Virus record (IMG/VR): IMGVR_UViG_3300020577_011550
Coordinates: 1-64,000 of that record
Source: a virus
Taxonomy: Duplodnaviria > Caudoviricetes
Strand: one strand, 5' to 3'
Length of the DNA stretch: 64,000 nt
Of the stretch, positions 9,421 through 19,329 are shown piece after piece. Numbering within the stretch: position 1 is the first letter of the stretch; every line of letters starts with the position of its first letter. The notes below the pieces were generated by a model that made no database searches, was not told the DNA's origin, and saw only the letters and a program-made list of their open reading frames with translations. The position numbers and the translations under genes are program-made.

Positions 9421-10255
9421 TGCTCACCTCTTTGTCGTTAATCTCGCAATTAGCGATAGCTTGCTCTCTCACCCACTCGAAATAAGCTTCAATCCGTTCA
9501 ATGATTGCCTGCGCCTGATCCTCCCCAAACGTTTCACGTAACCACACGTGAGGATGCTTGGCACTTTTTCGAAGATTTAGGCGTCCTGCCATAGGTAGCA
9601 TATTCCCAGGCACAGTGCCAAGCGAATTCGGATCGGCGATCGGTATCCAATGGTCAATGTGGAGATCGTCGGTTACCCCTGTAATCGCACAAGCATTACC
9701 CCAATAGCTCATCATCCGCTGATAATCGTCTGCCGTAAAAGAATTCGGCAAACTAGAAATACGCGCCCGCCGACACAAATCATGAATCTGAACTGTTTTA
9801 GGATTGTTGGTTTTCCATGCCTTCTTATATCGCTGAACCTTGCCAGAATTCGTTGATTGCCATCGCTTAATCTGAACCTGCACATTCGGGTTCTTTTTAT
9901 ATCTTTCACGACGCTTTTCACGGATAACAGGCAGCTTTTCATGTTGCATCTGTGCATCACACTCAATACAAGTAGGTCGCCTACGAAACTTCCCTCGCTT
10001 TGCTGGATAAAATTTGTCTGCTGTTTTGAATTGCTTGCAGCGAGTGCATTGCTTTTTGCCCGTCATTTTCGACAGATCAAGCAGGCAGACTAGATCGTGC
10101 TGCATAAGATAAGTGCAATATTTGCAGCGAGCCGTCAAGCCGAATTTGCCGAGCTTTTCACGATAAAAATACTGAGGCGTTGCGGGGAAACATTCTTGAC
10201 ACAGGCTACAACGTTTGTAGTCCTCTGGACATGCGGTATACTGATACATAAGCAC
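9413..10255 (-). CDS. HNH homing endonuclease, free-standing
   Basis: Repeated CxxC fingers with PATPQYFY; CAITG...HIDHWIP...N...N HNH motif; own promoter and leader hairpin. Confidence 0.9.
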   Translation of the reverse strand: MLMYQYTACPEDYKRCSLCQECFPATPQYFYREKLGKFGLTARCKYCTYLMQHDLVCLLDLSKMTGKKQCTRCKQFKTADKFYPAKRGKFRRRPTCIECDAQMQHEKLPVIREKRRERYKKNPNVQVQIKRWQSTNSGKVQRYKKAWKTNNPKTVQIHDLCRRARISSLPNSFTADDYQRMMSYWGNACAITGVTDDLHIDHWIPIADPNSLGTVPGNMLPMAGRLNLRKSAKHPHVWLRETFGEDQAQAIIERIEAYFEWVREQAIANCEINDKEVSNG

Positions 10256-10358
10256 CTACCTCCACATAGTTAGGTTGCTAGTACGCTCGGAACTGTTGGA
10301 AGCAGTCCGAGCGTATGTTTTTTGTTCCCTTAATTGTACCACAAAACAAACAACTGTT

Positions 10359-10541
10359 CTACTCCCCGATCAGCGTCTGCCGCTGATTAATCGCCGTTTC
10401 CAGCAGTTTGACCGTGCCGGGTTGATTCCCGGACGACAGCAGCTCCCGATACGCCTGTTTCAACTCGGACAACGACGCGGCGGCGATCGTTTCATTGATG
10501 CGCTTCGCGTTGCCACTCTGGATTGCCTCACTAATGGTCAT
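10359..10541 (-). CDS. Small hypothetical protein
   Basis: 60 aa, RBS GAAGGGAAAG, minus-strand promoter near 10700. Confidence 0.6.
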   Translation of the reverse strand: MTISEAIQSGNAKRINETIAAASLSELKQAYRELLSSGNQPGTVKLLETAINQRQTLIGE

Positions 10542-10735
10542 CGTCTTTCCCTTCTAAGCAAAACGCCAGATCAATGTCTGGCGTTCGTTTGTAAGACCGC
10601 CCCGCCGGTCTTGCACCTGCATCTCGCGCCTGAGAGGGCGCGCGCCCTAAGCTTTAGACGAGAGGCGGAGAAATAAGAATATTCGTTCTAATTTAAGACT
10701 ATAACATGACTTTTTCTATTTGCAAGTGGCTTGAT

Positions 10736-10756
10736 ATACCATATGATATATGGTAT
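10736..10756 (+). promoter_or_regulatory. Palindromic operator/promoter, copy 1
   Basis: ATACCATA-tgata-TATGGTAT between TTGATA and TATACT. Confidence 0.85.
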
Positions 10757-10785
10757 ACTTCCTTTATCTATCAAGGGAGGTGCTT

Positions 10786-11223
10786 TTGAACATCCTCTAC
10801 ACGTTCGGGTACACAGGTATCGAGCCTCAAGAAATCCTTGAAGCGGCGCAGCGGATCAGCGGCACGGTCGCTGACATTCGCATCTCGCCGCGTTCCCGGC
10901 ATCCGCAGTGGGACGGCCGCACCCTGGCCGAGGCGTGGGGCCGTTGTTATGTCCACATCCCCCAGTTGGGCAATAAAAACTACAAGGGGCAATACGGAAC
11001 GGGCATCATGCTCGCCAATCCGCAGGCGGGGAGACAGCTGGTGTTAGCACATCTGACTCGCGGCCCGGTCATGCTGATGTGTGCCTGTCCGAGTTGGGAG
11101 ACCTGCCATCGGCGCGACGCCGCTGAATACATTTTGCAGTCTCAGCCGAATTTGGAAGTTATCCACCTCACTGCTGATGCGCTGCGCGCGCTCGGCAAGC
11201 CAGTCCAGTTCAGTTTGTTCTAA
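10786..11223 (+). CDS. DUF488 family protein
   Basis: LYTFGY...ADIRISPRSR...YVHIPQLG...MCACPSWETCHR; TTG start after GGGAGG. Confidence 0.8.
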   Translation: MNILYTFGYTGIEPQEILEAAQRISGTVADIRISPRSRHPQWDGRTLAEAWGRCYVHIPQLGNKNYKGQYGTGIMLANPQAGRQLVLAHLTRGPVMLMCACPSWETCHRRDAAEYILQSQPNLEVIHLTADALRALGKPVQFSLF

Positions 11224-11235
11224 AAGGTCAGCACA

Positions 11236-11925
11236 ATGCCCTATATCGAACGACCCGGCGACGAGTTCGCCAATCGGTTTGAGAGCAACACAGCCAGCGG
11301 CGGCGCTCAGGTCGTCGCCACCATCACGGAAGCGCAGCGCGATCAGTGGATTGAGGTTGATTCCCCCGTGGGCGAAATCTCCGATGCGCGCTGGGCTCAG
11401 TTAGTCTTCAAGCGGGACAAGCGCTTGACCGAAATCTGGAAGTCCGCGCTCTGGCAGCGCATCATGGCCGCGTGGAAAACGGGTTGGGACTATGACCGTT
11501 TGAACGACCTTGAGCACCTCTGCCCCAACTGTGGCTCACCGCACGTCCGGCACGGCAGCGCGGTGCTGTGGGGTGACAAGGACACGATGTGTCAAAGCTG
11601 CATGTACCTCGACAATTTTTCCATGTTCATGGAGGCCTCCCGCCGCTGCAAAAAAGTTCGTGGAATGTGGCTGACTATCCGCAATGCACCCCCATCGCGC
11701 TGTGCAGAGGCGATCCGCGAAAAGATCATGCACCGCTTTTCGGCTGCCGTCCCTACGAGCATCCGCGATCAAGGAGATGGCCTGTTTATCGTCGATTGGA
11801 CGAGTGGCGCGACCATGCTCTATCAAGCGAGGATTGATGCCCTGTCCAAACTCGGCTTCATCTTCGTCGACAGCTGGGTCATCGCGACAGATAGCCAGAG
11901 CATTGCTGTGAGGTGGGCAGAATGA
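11236..11925 (+). CDS. Hypothetical protein with CxxC zinc ribbon
   Basis: 229 aa in operon. Confidence 0.7.
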   Translation: MPYIERPGDEFANRFESNTASGGAQVVATITEAQRDQWIEVDSPVGEISDARWAQLVFKRDKRLTEIWKSALWQRIMAAWKTGWDYDRLNDLEHLCPNCGSPHVRHGSAVLWGDKDTMCQSCMYLDNFSMFMEASRRCKKVRGMWLTIRNAPPSRCAEAIREKIMHRFSAAVPTSIRDQGDGLFIVDWTSGATMLYQARIDALSKLGFIFVDSWVIATDSQSIAVRWAE

Positions 11926-12824
11926 CCTATCAACTGACAACGGTGATCGGGGCGCTGACGAAAAACAAGTCGCCCTACCTGCGTTTGACCGCCCGTACGG
12001 GCGAGTCCGTTTCGGTATTTAACAACCTGTCCACGTGGGTGATCCTGCTGCGCGCCTATCCGGAACTGGCCGGGCTGCAGCCGGATCAGCGCATGACGTG
12101 GGAGGAGCACCCCATTTGCGTCGAGATGGTGAAAGACGCGAAAGACTACTGGCAAATCACGCGCATCGCCCCGCGGGCGGAGAATGCGATGCCGGATATG
12201 CCGTTCGTGCCTGACCACGCGGCTTACAAGCTGGCGGCGGTCAACTGGGCGCGCAGCGTGCTGGCCCGGAACGGCACCGAGTTCGTTGTCTTCGACATGG
12301 AGACGACGACCAACGATAAGCTGAAGGCTGAGCCGTTGAGCATCGGTCTGTATAGCCCGCCCTGCGACACCCGGCTCGGGCGCATCTCCGATCGCGTGGT
12401 TATGGATCAGCTGGTTCAGCCCATCCGGATGAGCGCGGTTACGGACAACACCGAGGCGGCGGCCGTCCACAAAATCACGCCGGAGATGTTGGCAGACGCG
12501 CAGCACTTCCCGGACGTCTACCCGAAACTGGTGAGCAGCCTGCTGCACAAAACCATCATCGGCTACAACGTCGGCTTTGACCTGACCGTGCTGCATCGAG
12601 CCTGCGCGCGGCACAACCTGACCCCCATTGCCCCGCTCTGCGTGATCGACGCCATCGAGCCCGTCTCGTGGTTCATCGGCGAATGGAATGCCGACCGGCA
12701 GTCGTTCACGTACAAGTCCCTTGAGGATGCGGCAGAGCATATCGGGCTGGCATTCGGCGACGCGCACAACGCGCTGGCCGATTGCAAGATGACATGGCAG
12801 GTGATCGAGGCAATGGCGAAATGA
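11922..12824 (+). CDS. DEDDh 3'-5' exonuclease (DnaQ-like)
   Basis: VFDMETT, IGYNVGFD, HNALAD motifs. Confidence 0.92.
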   Translation: MTYQLTTVIGALTKNKSPYLRLTARTGESVSVFNNLSTWVILLRAYPELAGLQPDQRMTWEEHPICVEMVKDAKDYWQITRIAPRAENAMPDMPFVPDHAAYKLAAVNWARSVLARNGTEFVVFDMETTTNDKLKAEPLSIGLYSPPCDTRLGRISDRVVMDQLVQPIRMSAVTDNTEAAAVHKITPEMLADAQHFPDVYPKLVSSLLHKTIIGYNVGFDLTVLHRACARHNLTPIAPLCVIDAIEPVSWFIGEWNADRQSFTYKSLEDAAEHIGLAFGDAHNALADCKMTWQVIEAMAK

Positions 12825-13447
12825 TTCATCCGACACTGCAAGCCGCTAAAGCTGAATGCACGGAAAAGCAGGATCAGGGCCGTTGGGCAGCGGTGTATCA
12901 GCGGGTGGTCGATCGTCAGTATTTTTGCATCTGGGCGATGAATCGGCGGACGCTGGTGAATTGCCAGCAGCTGCATAACGCCTACATCGTCGCCTTGCTG
13001 TACAACGGCGATTGGATTGCCGCCGATCACTTCATGAACCTGATTGGCCAGCATGCGCAGGTGGCCGAGGAAGTCTTTGAAAATGCGCCCACCGAAACGA
13101 ATCGCCAGATCTCGGATGCGCTGTTCGCTTTGAGCATGCGTTCCCCGTTCAATCTGGGGCTGGATGAAGCGGGCGGCGCTAATTGGGGCATGGCTCCGGA
13201 GGATGCGCCGTACGAATACAGCCTCGAACTGGAAGCCCTGTTCAAGCTGCTCAGCTCAGAGCACATGCCCGATCGGGTGAATGCCCTGCTGGTCCTCTCC
13301 TCATGGGATCTGAAGCTGCTCCCGGCGGACATGCATAAGGCGCTGGAATACCTCGCGCGAAACGATTCACACACCGTTGTCCGCCAATGGGCGGAGTTCG
13401 TGCTCGACCCGCTCAATAAACCCATTCCCCCCAGACAAGGAGTCTAG
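12821..13447 (+). CDS. Hypothetical protein (HEAT-like C-terminus)
   Basis: ATGA overlap with upstream gene. Confidence 0.7.
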   Translation: MIHPTLQAAKAECTEKQDQGRWAAVYQRVVDRQYFCIWAMNRRTLVNCQQLHNAYIVALLYNGDWIAADHFMNLIGQHAQVAEEVFENAPTETNRQISDALFALSMRSPFNLGLDEAGGANWGMAPEDAPYEYSLELEALFKLLSSEHMPDRVNALLVLSSWDLKLLPADMHKALEYLARNDSHTVVRQWAEFVLDPLNKPIPPRQGV

Positions 13448-13448
13448 G

Positions 13449-13946
13449 ATGCGCTTGATCATTTTCGATCTGGATAACACCCTTGTTCGCCCGCTGCCCG
13501 GCATCAAGATCCCGAACACGTGGAAGCAGCAGGAAATCATCCCCGGCGTGCTCGATCAGTGCGCTAAGCTGATTGACGACGGCGTGACGCTGGCAATCGC
13601 ATCCAATCAGGGCGGTGTGGGCTTAGGCATCTGTACGCTGGAAGATGCGCAGGAGCGCGTCGAGAAAGTCGCGACCGCGATCGGCGCCAAGAAGTGGATG
13701 ATCAGCATTCATCATGAGGGGGCGACACGCACGGACTTGAGCCGCTTCCACATGCCCTACCTTGGCGTCGCCGCGCAGCCGTTCTACCGCAAGCCGCAGC
13801 CTGGCATGATCTTCAACCTGATGATGCAGCTGCACACGACCGCGCCGGAAACGCTGTTCGTCGGCGATCAGGAATCGGACTGCAAAGCCGCGACGAACGC
13901 GGGCGTTCGCTTCCAGTGGGTGAAGGAGTTCTTTGGATGGTCGTGA
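13449..13946 (+). CDS. HAD-IIIA phosphatase (polynucleotide 3'-phosphatase / GmhB-like)
   Basis: FDLDNTL, IASNQGG, RKPQPGM, FVGDQESD. Confidence 0.9.
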   Translation: MRLIIFDLDNTLVRPLPGIKIPNTWKQQEIIPGVLDQCAKLIDDGVTLAIASNQGGVGLGICTLEDAQERVEKVATAIGAKKWMISIHHEGATRTDLSRFHMPYLGVAAQPFYRKPQPGMIFNLMMQLHTTAPETLFVGDQESDCKAATNAGVRFQWVKEFFGWS

Positions 13947-14323
13947 GCTACGTCCACAAGCACAACCGGCGGACGCTGCGCAAGGCACTGGATGAACGCA
14001 TTCGGCGGATGCTCCAGCTTTGCGCAGACGATCTCACCCGGTCAGGCTTTGCGGGCAAGGTGCGTGTGATCTTCCAGACGGGGAAAAGCCGCGTGCAAGC
14101 GCGGCTCTATGGGCTGTGCTGTTTCTTCCACCCCACCCCGACTATTTATATCTACACCCGCTATTGCCGGATCAAGACCATTCTCGACACTATCGCGCAC
14201 GAGTTCGGCCACGTCGCGCATTTCGTGCTGTTTCCGGAGAGTCGGACGCACTGGTGCAAAGCCTACCGGGAGAAGTTCGCCGTGATGTATGCGCAGATTA
14301 TGCTGGAACGGTTGGGGGTATAG
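13937..14323 (+). CDS. Putative zincin-like metallopeptidase
   Basis: TIAHEFGHVAH HExxH motif. Confidence 0.6.
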   Translation: MVVSYVHKHNRRTLRKALDERIRRMLQLCADDLTRSGFAGKVRVIFQTGKSRVQARLYGLCCFFHPTPTIYIYTRYCRIKTILDTIAHEFGHVAHFVLFPESRTHWCKAYREKFAVMYAQIMLERLGV

Positions 14324-14324
14324 C

Positions 14325-14423
14325 GTGACGATCATTGACTTTCTCATCCTCTGGTTTATAGCCAGCATTCCGGCCTCGCTGCTGATGGGGCGCTTTCTGC
14401 GCTGGTGCGATACAGGCGAATGA
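14325..14423 (+). CDS. 32-aa membrane peptide
   Basis: GTG start, hydrophobic, fills the gap exactly and overlaps the next gene (ATGA); below ORF-track cutoff. Confidence 0.5.
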   Translation: MTIIDFLILWFIASIPASLLMGRFLRWCDTGE

Positions 14424-15172
14424 CTTACCAGCTCCCGCTCCTGAACGGCATTAACCTGCCGATCTGCCCCACCTGCCACCGTGAGACGCATGTCCTTGGA
14501 CAATGGTCGCCATCCGGTCGGCTGTTCGTTTGCCGTGACTGCATGAGCACCTACGGACCGCCAGACGGCGTGTTTGTGCCTCATGACAATTCGGTCGGCG
14601 TGGGGCTTCGGCAGGAACCACAATATGCCAAGGAGCGCGAGCTATACCACCGGCGGGCGCAAGTGCTTGAGGAATTGGCGAAGGGCTGCATCTACACCAT
14701 CAAGGATATCGACGAGCAGGACAATCTACCGTGCACGAAAGAGAATGACCTCTACCTGCTCGTTGAGTACCACGTGAACCCGATGGCCTTCCAGCGTCCG
14801 ATCTATGTGGATATGCGCCTCGGCTGTCGCCGCTGTCAGAACCGGTTGCGCTATGTCATGCAGCAGCGCAGCGCGACGATCAACTTTAAGGAGCGGATGC
14901 GGGCGACACTCAGCCAAACGGCCAGCCTGCCGATCTGCGCCCGGTGTGGATCGGTGCATGACAACCGCACGCTGAGCGGGGACGCGGCTGCGTACTGCCA
15001 GCACTGCGATGACATGAACGCGGTGGAATCATTCTGGCAGCATCGCGGTATTTTTGGTGGGGAAGATGACGAAAGCATTCTTGATCGACTCCAGAAATCA
15101 CACCCCGGCCTGTTCGAACGGGGAGTCTTACCGGATGGGTGGTTCATCCTTCGCGCAAAGGAGCAATCGTGA
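14420..15172 (+). CDS. Hypothetical multi-zinc-finger protein
   Basis: Several CxxC pairs. Confidence 0.7.
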   Translation: MTYQLPLLNGINLPICPTCHRETHVLGQWSPSGRLFVCRDCMSTYGPPDGVFVPHDNSVGVGLRQEPQYAKERELYHRRAQVLEELAKGCIYTIKDIDEQDNLPCTKENDLYLLVEYHVNPMAFQRPIYVDMRLGCRRCQNRLRYVMQQRSATINFKERMRATLSQTASLPICARCGSVHDNRTLSGDAAAYCQHCDDMNAVESFWQHRGIFGGEDDESILDRLQKSHPGLFERGVLPDGWFILRAKEQS

Positions 15173-15435
15173 AAGCTGTTATTCGTCTCATCCAATGGGT
15201 ATTCGCCAGTCCGCTGCGACATCAAGAACGCGTCGATGGCTACCGCCGTCGCATCAGCGACTTTTGCGGCGGGCTAACGGACATCCAGTGGGAAGCGGTG
15301 CTGTACGACTGTGTTGCACGATCCGCCTATCAGGGCGAATCTTTATGGTATGAGCTGGGCTGCTACGAAGAAGCGGCATCCATCGGCGGCAAAGAGACCG
15401 TGCTGGCACGGATTCAATATGGGGGTGAACGGTGA
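15169..15435 (+). CDS. Hypothetical protein
   Basis: GTGA overlap, RBS AAGGAG. Confidence 0.65.
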   Translation: MKAVIRLIQWVFASPLRHQERVDGYRRRISDFCGGLTDIQWEAVLYDCVARSAYQGESLWYELGCYEEAASIGGKETVLARIQYGGER

Positions 15436-15896
15436 GCCTTTACCTGATTCAGCGCGGACCGCGCCCAGCTTATCACAAAGCGCCATTCCACCCGGTCATC
15501 ATTTGCGACCGAAAAAGGATCGGTGAATGGGAATCGCAGGATACAGATAATAAGTGCAATGTTTGGGTCAATTCCACGGGGCCGCACTCAGGTTGGTTGA
15601 TGCGGCGGTGGCAGGGGTTGATCATCGACTATGGGCATGTTGTCCACAAGATTGTGCTTCCAGATGGAACAGAAGCGGATTTTTACCGAGACTATGATGA
15701 TCCGCACACGATCAAACATCTGCTGCCCGGCGCAATCTGGTGGAGCGATAAGGTCATGCCCAAATGGATAGAAGCACTGGGCGTGGTCTACCCATTGGAT
15801 AAATTTACACAGGGCTGCATTTTGGATGCAGTAGCCGACGATGGGTGCATGGGAGCGACCCGCCCACTACCAACGCATTGGAAAAGACGGGAGTAG
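15432..15896 (+). CDS. Hypothetical protein
   Basis: Operon overlap. Confidence 0.7.
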   Translation: MSLYLIQRGPRPAYHKAPFHPVIICDRKRIGEWESQDTDNKCNVWVNSTGPHSGWLMRRWQGLIIDYGHVVHKIVLPDGTEADFYRDYDDPHTIKHLLPGAIWWSDKVMPKWIEALGVVYPLDKFTQGCILDAVADDGCMGATRPLPTHWKRRE

Positions 15897-15899
15897 ATA

Positions 15900-16235
15900 G
15901 TGAAAACGCCGCAATTCAGCAAACTGATCGAGCTGGCACAATCGCTCAAATGGTTGGTGTGGGCGTACGACGTGCCGGATTACAGCAAAGTCGAGCCGGC
16001 GAAGCTCAGCGCGCCGCTCAAGCGCATTTACGTGCTGAGATCTCCTAATGGCGTGCCGTTTCGGGATGGGATGCCCGTTGTGGCTGAGCAGATTAGTGAA
16101 GAGGAATCCGCTTCACCGGATGTGGCAGCAAGGAGATTCAAATTTAAAGCCCCTGCCCGCGAAACCGAACTCGAGGCGTGGCAGGACTTACCACAGACGG
16201 AAGATCAACTTCGTCAACACTCACTACGAAGCTAG
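15900..16235 (+). CDS. Hypothetical protein
   Basis: RBS GGGAG, operon position. Confidence 0.65.
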   Translation: MKTPQFSKLIELAQSLKWLVWAYDVPDYSKVEPAKLSAPLKRIYVLRSPNGVPFRDGMPVVAEQISEEESASPDVAARRFKFKAPARETELEAWQDLPQTEDQLRQHSLRS

Positions 16236-16248
16236 GTGAAAGACGGAT

Positions 16249-16569
16249 ATGGACATTACTCCAATTTTAGAACGTCTGGTTAAAGCCAGAACTCAGGCGG
16301 GCTTGTCGCAAGCACAGGTCGCAAAGATGTTTGAGGTGGAACGTACCACCATTACAAACTGGGAGGCAGGATTATCGCCTCTAACCCTCAAGAACTTCTT
16401 GCACCTGTGTGAAACCTATGGTGTATCGTCGACGTGGGTTCTCACGGGCGTCAACCCGGATTTTGATAAGGAAGCGTTCATGAAGGCGATGAGCGGTACT
16501 TTCGTGAACATGGCGAAACTGATCGAAGTATTCGAGATGATCGCAACCGAAAACGAGGTGAAATTGTGA
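16249..16569 (+). CDS. XRE-family HTH regulator
   Basis: RLVKARTQAGLSQAQVAKMFEVERTTITNWEAG. Confidence 0.9.
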   Translation: MDITPILERLVKARTQAGLSQAQVAKMFEVERTTITNWEAGLSPLTLKNFLHLCETYGVSSTWVLTGVNPDFDKEAFMKAMSGTFVNMAKLIEVFEMIATENEVKL

Positions 16570-16937
16570 CCGACACACTGATCGGCGCACTGTTGAATCA
16601 AATCGAAAGCGGGAGCAAGGCCGCCGCCCCTGCCCTACTCGCATTCAAGGCGATGGCGGAAGCTCTCCCAGGCATTCGGCAGCCTGAAGTGATCGCGGCG
16701 TTGAATCGCATGTGCAAACATGACGATGAGACTCTACGTAAGCAGGCGCGTGAAGCGCGGTTGCTGATGTGGATACCTCAACCAGACGAACGCGTGCGCG
16801 TGAATGGTTATCCGGGGCGCGTCCACGGTCTGCGAGACAACCAGATTCAGGCGACCGTCGAAATTGATGATGGTCATCGGCTCATGGTCGACGATGTGTA
16901 CATCTGGGAGATTACACCGAGGACGAAGACGCGATGA
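16566..16937 (+). CDS. Hypothetical protein (C-terminal SH3/KOW-like)
   Basis: GTGA overlap. Confidence 0.65.
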   Translation: MTDTLIGALLNQIESGSKAAAPALLAFKAMAEALPGIRQPEVIAALNRMCKHDDETLRKQAREARLLMWIPQPDERVRVNGYPGRVHGLRDNQIQATVEIDDGHRLMVDDVYIWEITPRTKTR

Positions 16938-17476
16938 GCTTTCAACGCGGCGACGTGGTGCAGCACAACGAACACAAGTGGATCGGCGTGGTCGAGTCGG
17001 TCAATTCACTGCTGGGTGACCTGTTCGGCGAATGGTTGGGCGAGGTCATCTGGTTCGAGGGTGACGACCTCGCCAAACGCAGCGCCCGCGCGGATCAGAT
17101 TACCAAGATCGACGGGTACGAGTTTGAGGCAGCATTGGCACTTGGGGATGTTGACCGCCTACGCCAACTCTACACCGACATGAAGCAGCAGCGCGATCAA
17201 GCAATCATGGCGACCGTCCCCGAGCTGCATCGCCGCTATCAACTCACTCTGAAGCTCGGCGCGGATAGTGTCGATGACCTCGACGGTGCGCTCAACAGCG
17301 TTCAATTTGATGTATCGGTGCTGATCGACAAACAGTATCTGAATCGCAGCTACCAAAGCGTCAGCGGTGGCCCAACGCGAGACTGGACGCTTGACATCGA
17401 ATTCGACCCGGAAATGACGCATGAACGCCATTTCGAAGAGATCAGAGCCTATCTGGAGAAGAAACGTGGGAATTAA
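16934..17476 (+). CDS. Hypothetical protein; N-terminus paralogous to the next gene
   Basis: RGDVVQH...GVV...VIWF...YEFEAALALGD. Confidence 0.75.
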   Translation: MSFQRGDVVQHNEHKWIGVVESVNSLLGDLFGEWLGEVIWFEGDDLAKRSARADQITKIDGYEFEAALALGDVDRLRQLYTDMKQQRDQAIMATVPELHRRYQLTLKLGADSVDDLDGALNSVQFDVSVLIDKQYLNRSYQSVSGGPTRDWTLDIEFDPEMTHERHFEEIRAYLEKKRGN

Positions 17477-18212
17477 TCGCGGGACGGTGGTCACCCACCT
17501 GAATATGAACGACCTGCGGGGCGTTGTGGCCGAAGTCAGCACGAACTATGCGCGTGTCATCTGGTTCAACGACACCCTGACGATGCGGGATGCAGTTACC
17601 TTAGTTGCGCTCAGCCCGGTTCCGAATCAGGAAGCCTACGCCTTCGAAGCCGCGCTCTATCTCGGTGATACAGGAAAGGTGCTGGATCTCTACCGCGCTG
17701 AAAAGAAGCGCATGGACGGCTGGCAAGAGCACTTCCAGCCGCTGATCGACCAGTACGGCGCAGCGGAAATAGCGTGGATCGCTGGGAGCATCGCGGGCAT
17801 GGTCGCAACCGGGCAGTTCACGCCGGAAGATGCGATCCGGCACTGGGAACGGCCGCAAGCGATTGTCTCTGGGCAGGCTATCTTCTACGGTAAGTCTCTC
17901 GCGCCGAAATGGGTGACCGATCTGGAACGCCGTTTTGCAACCACCCGGCACGAAGCTCCCAAATGGCCGCCGCCCGATTGGTGGCTCAGCGGCATGCGCC
18001 TCGTCGAAGCCCGCGCACGTTTTGACAAATATACGAGCGGCCTGACCGACGGCGAATGGCAAGCTATTCTTGATCGGTGCAATGAAGCCAACAAAGCCAG
18101 CCCCGACGCCGACGCGTTCTGGAAGGAGCTTGACGCTTACGAAAAGCTTGCCCGGAACTTCGGCAAAGGCCTGCTGCTTGCGAATGTGCAGAAGGCAAAC
18201 ACCGATGAATAA
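17466..18212 (+). CDS. Hypothetical protein; N-terminus paralogous to the previous gene
   Basis: RGTVVTH...GVV...VIWF...YAFEAALYLGD. Confidence 0.75.
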   Translation: MGINRGTVVTHLNMNDLRGVVAEVSTNYARVIWFNDTLTMRDAVTLVALSPVPNQEAYAFEAALYLGDTGKVLDLYRAEKKRMDGWQEHFQPLIDQYGAAEIAWIAGSIAGMVATGQFTPEDAIRHWERPQAIVSGQAIFYGKSLAPKWVTDLERRFATTRHEAPKWPPPDWWLSGMRLVEARARFDKYTSGLTDGEWQAILDRCNEANKASPDADAFWKELDAYEKLARNFGKGLLLANVQKANTDE

Positions 18213-18540
18213 CACACTTCGAGCCGAATACTACGATTATGTGCGTCGCGCCTGGGAGAATGATGCGACGGCTATGGACTACGAGCAGTGGCTTGAAGCG
18301 CGGATCGCCGATCTGACGACCGCGCTCACCCCATTCGCGCGGTTTGGGCTGCTCAAGCACACCTACGCACCGGAGGCCGTGTTCACGCTGGTGCATGACC
18401 GCGACGGCAATCGGATCGTCATCAAGTTTGGCGACTTCACGGAAGCGGCTAAGCAGATCCCCGGCCTGACGCTCACCCCATCCGAGACCGAGACCATTGG
18501 CGCGGCTGGTGGTATCGCGCAGATTATGGAGCAGTCATGA
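18205..18540 (+). CDS. Hypothetical protein
   Basis: Operon overlap. Confidence 0.65.
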   Translation: MNNTLRAEYYDYVRRAWENDATAMDYEQWLEARIADLTTALTPFARFGLLKHTYAPEAVFTLVHDRDGNRIVIKFGDFTEAAKQIPGLTLTPSETETIGAAGGIAQIMEQS

Positions 18541-19115
18541 AGAAGTCATTGATCCCCGTAACCTTCGATGAGAAAGACGGCGTGAACGTGCACATGTTTA
18601 CCCGGGTGCTTTTCACGCCCGGTCAGAACATGTGGGGGCTCGATCCCGAAGGCGTATACGAAGGCATCTATGTCGGCTGGAATCACCCACTAAACAGCCC
18701 GGTTGAAATCAAGATCGACCATGTTCTTCCAGGGCCGCAACCGGTCCGCCTGAAGCCGTCAATTGAGAACGTTTGGCGCATCTGGGACGCCCGCGACGAT
18801 GAGGTCGAAGCGCTGCGCAGCGCGCTTGAACAAATGCGCCTTGCTTTGAAAGATGCAGGTAAGGCGCTGCAAGACTTTTATCTAGGACGGGTGACACCTG
18901 AGAGAGCTAAACTGGAACGCTCGATCGCCGATTTAGATTGGCGATTAACGCCTGTGCAGGCAGCAGTCCTCACTCGATACCGCGACTTTATCAAGCAGAA
19001 GCTTGACAGCGATGATATGAAAGCATTGCGGACGTTTGCTCAGTCTGAAGATTATCGGGTTGCTTTCGGTGACATGGGCTTCGATGAAGCATGGGACCGC
19101 TTCAATAGTGCCTAA
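18537..19115 (+). CDS. Hypothetical protein (coiled coil)
   Basis: ATGA overlap. Confidence 0.7.
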   Translation: MKKSLIPVTFDEKDGVNVHMFTRVLFTPGQNMWGLDPEGVYEGIYVGWNHPLNSPVEIKIDHVLPGPQPVRLKPSIENVWRIWDARDDEVEALRSALEQMRLALKDAGKALQDFYLGRVTPERAKLERSIADLDWRLTPVQAAVLTRYRDFIKQKLDSDDMKALRTFAQSEDYRVAFGDMGFDEAWDRFNSA

Positions 19116-19329
19116 TCCGCGCCTGCTGCTGGTCATCGCCGCGTTAATCGGCATGACCAGCGGCCATGTGCTGGGCGCACTGGTGGCGGTCTTCGTCACC
19201 AAACTCGTGGTAGTACCGATGCTCTTCCCTGCCCCGCCTGCACCTGCACCAAAGGCGACGCCGGCGAAGAAGCCCACGACGAAAACAACCAAATCGACGA
19301 GCACGTCGAGAAAGAAGAAGACGACTTGA
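19108..19329 (+). CDS. Small membrane protein with Pro/Lys/Thr-rich tail
   Basis: Hydrophobic N-half, basic tail. Confidence 0.6.
   Translation: MPNPRLLLVIAALIGMTSGHVLGALVAVFVTKLVVVPMLFPAPPAPAPKATPAKKPTTKTTKSTSTSRKKKTT

Noticed and set aside
9413-10255. HNH as the terminase-accessory HNH
   Set aside because: It is much larger than typical packaging HNHs, separated from terS by two genes, and paralogous to the two mobile HNHs; the role is not fully excluded
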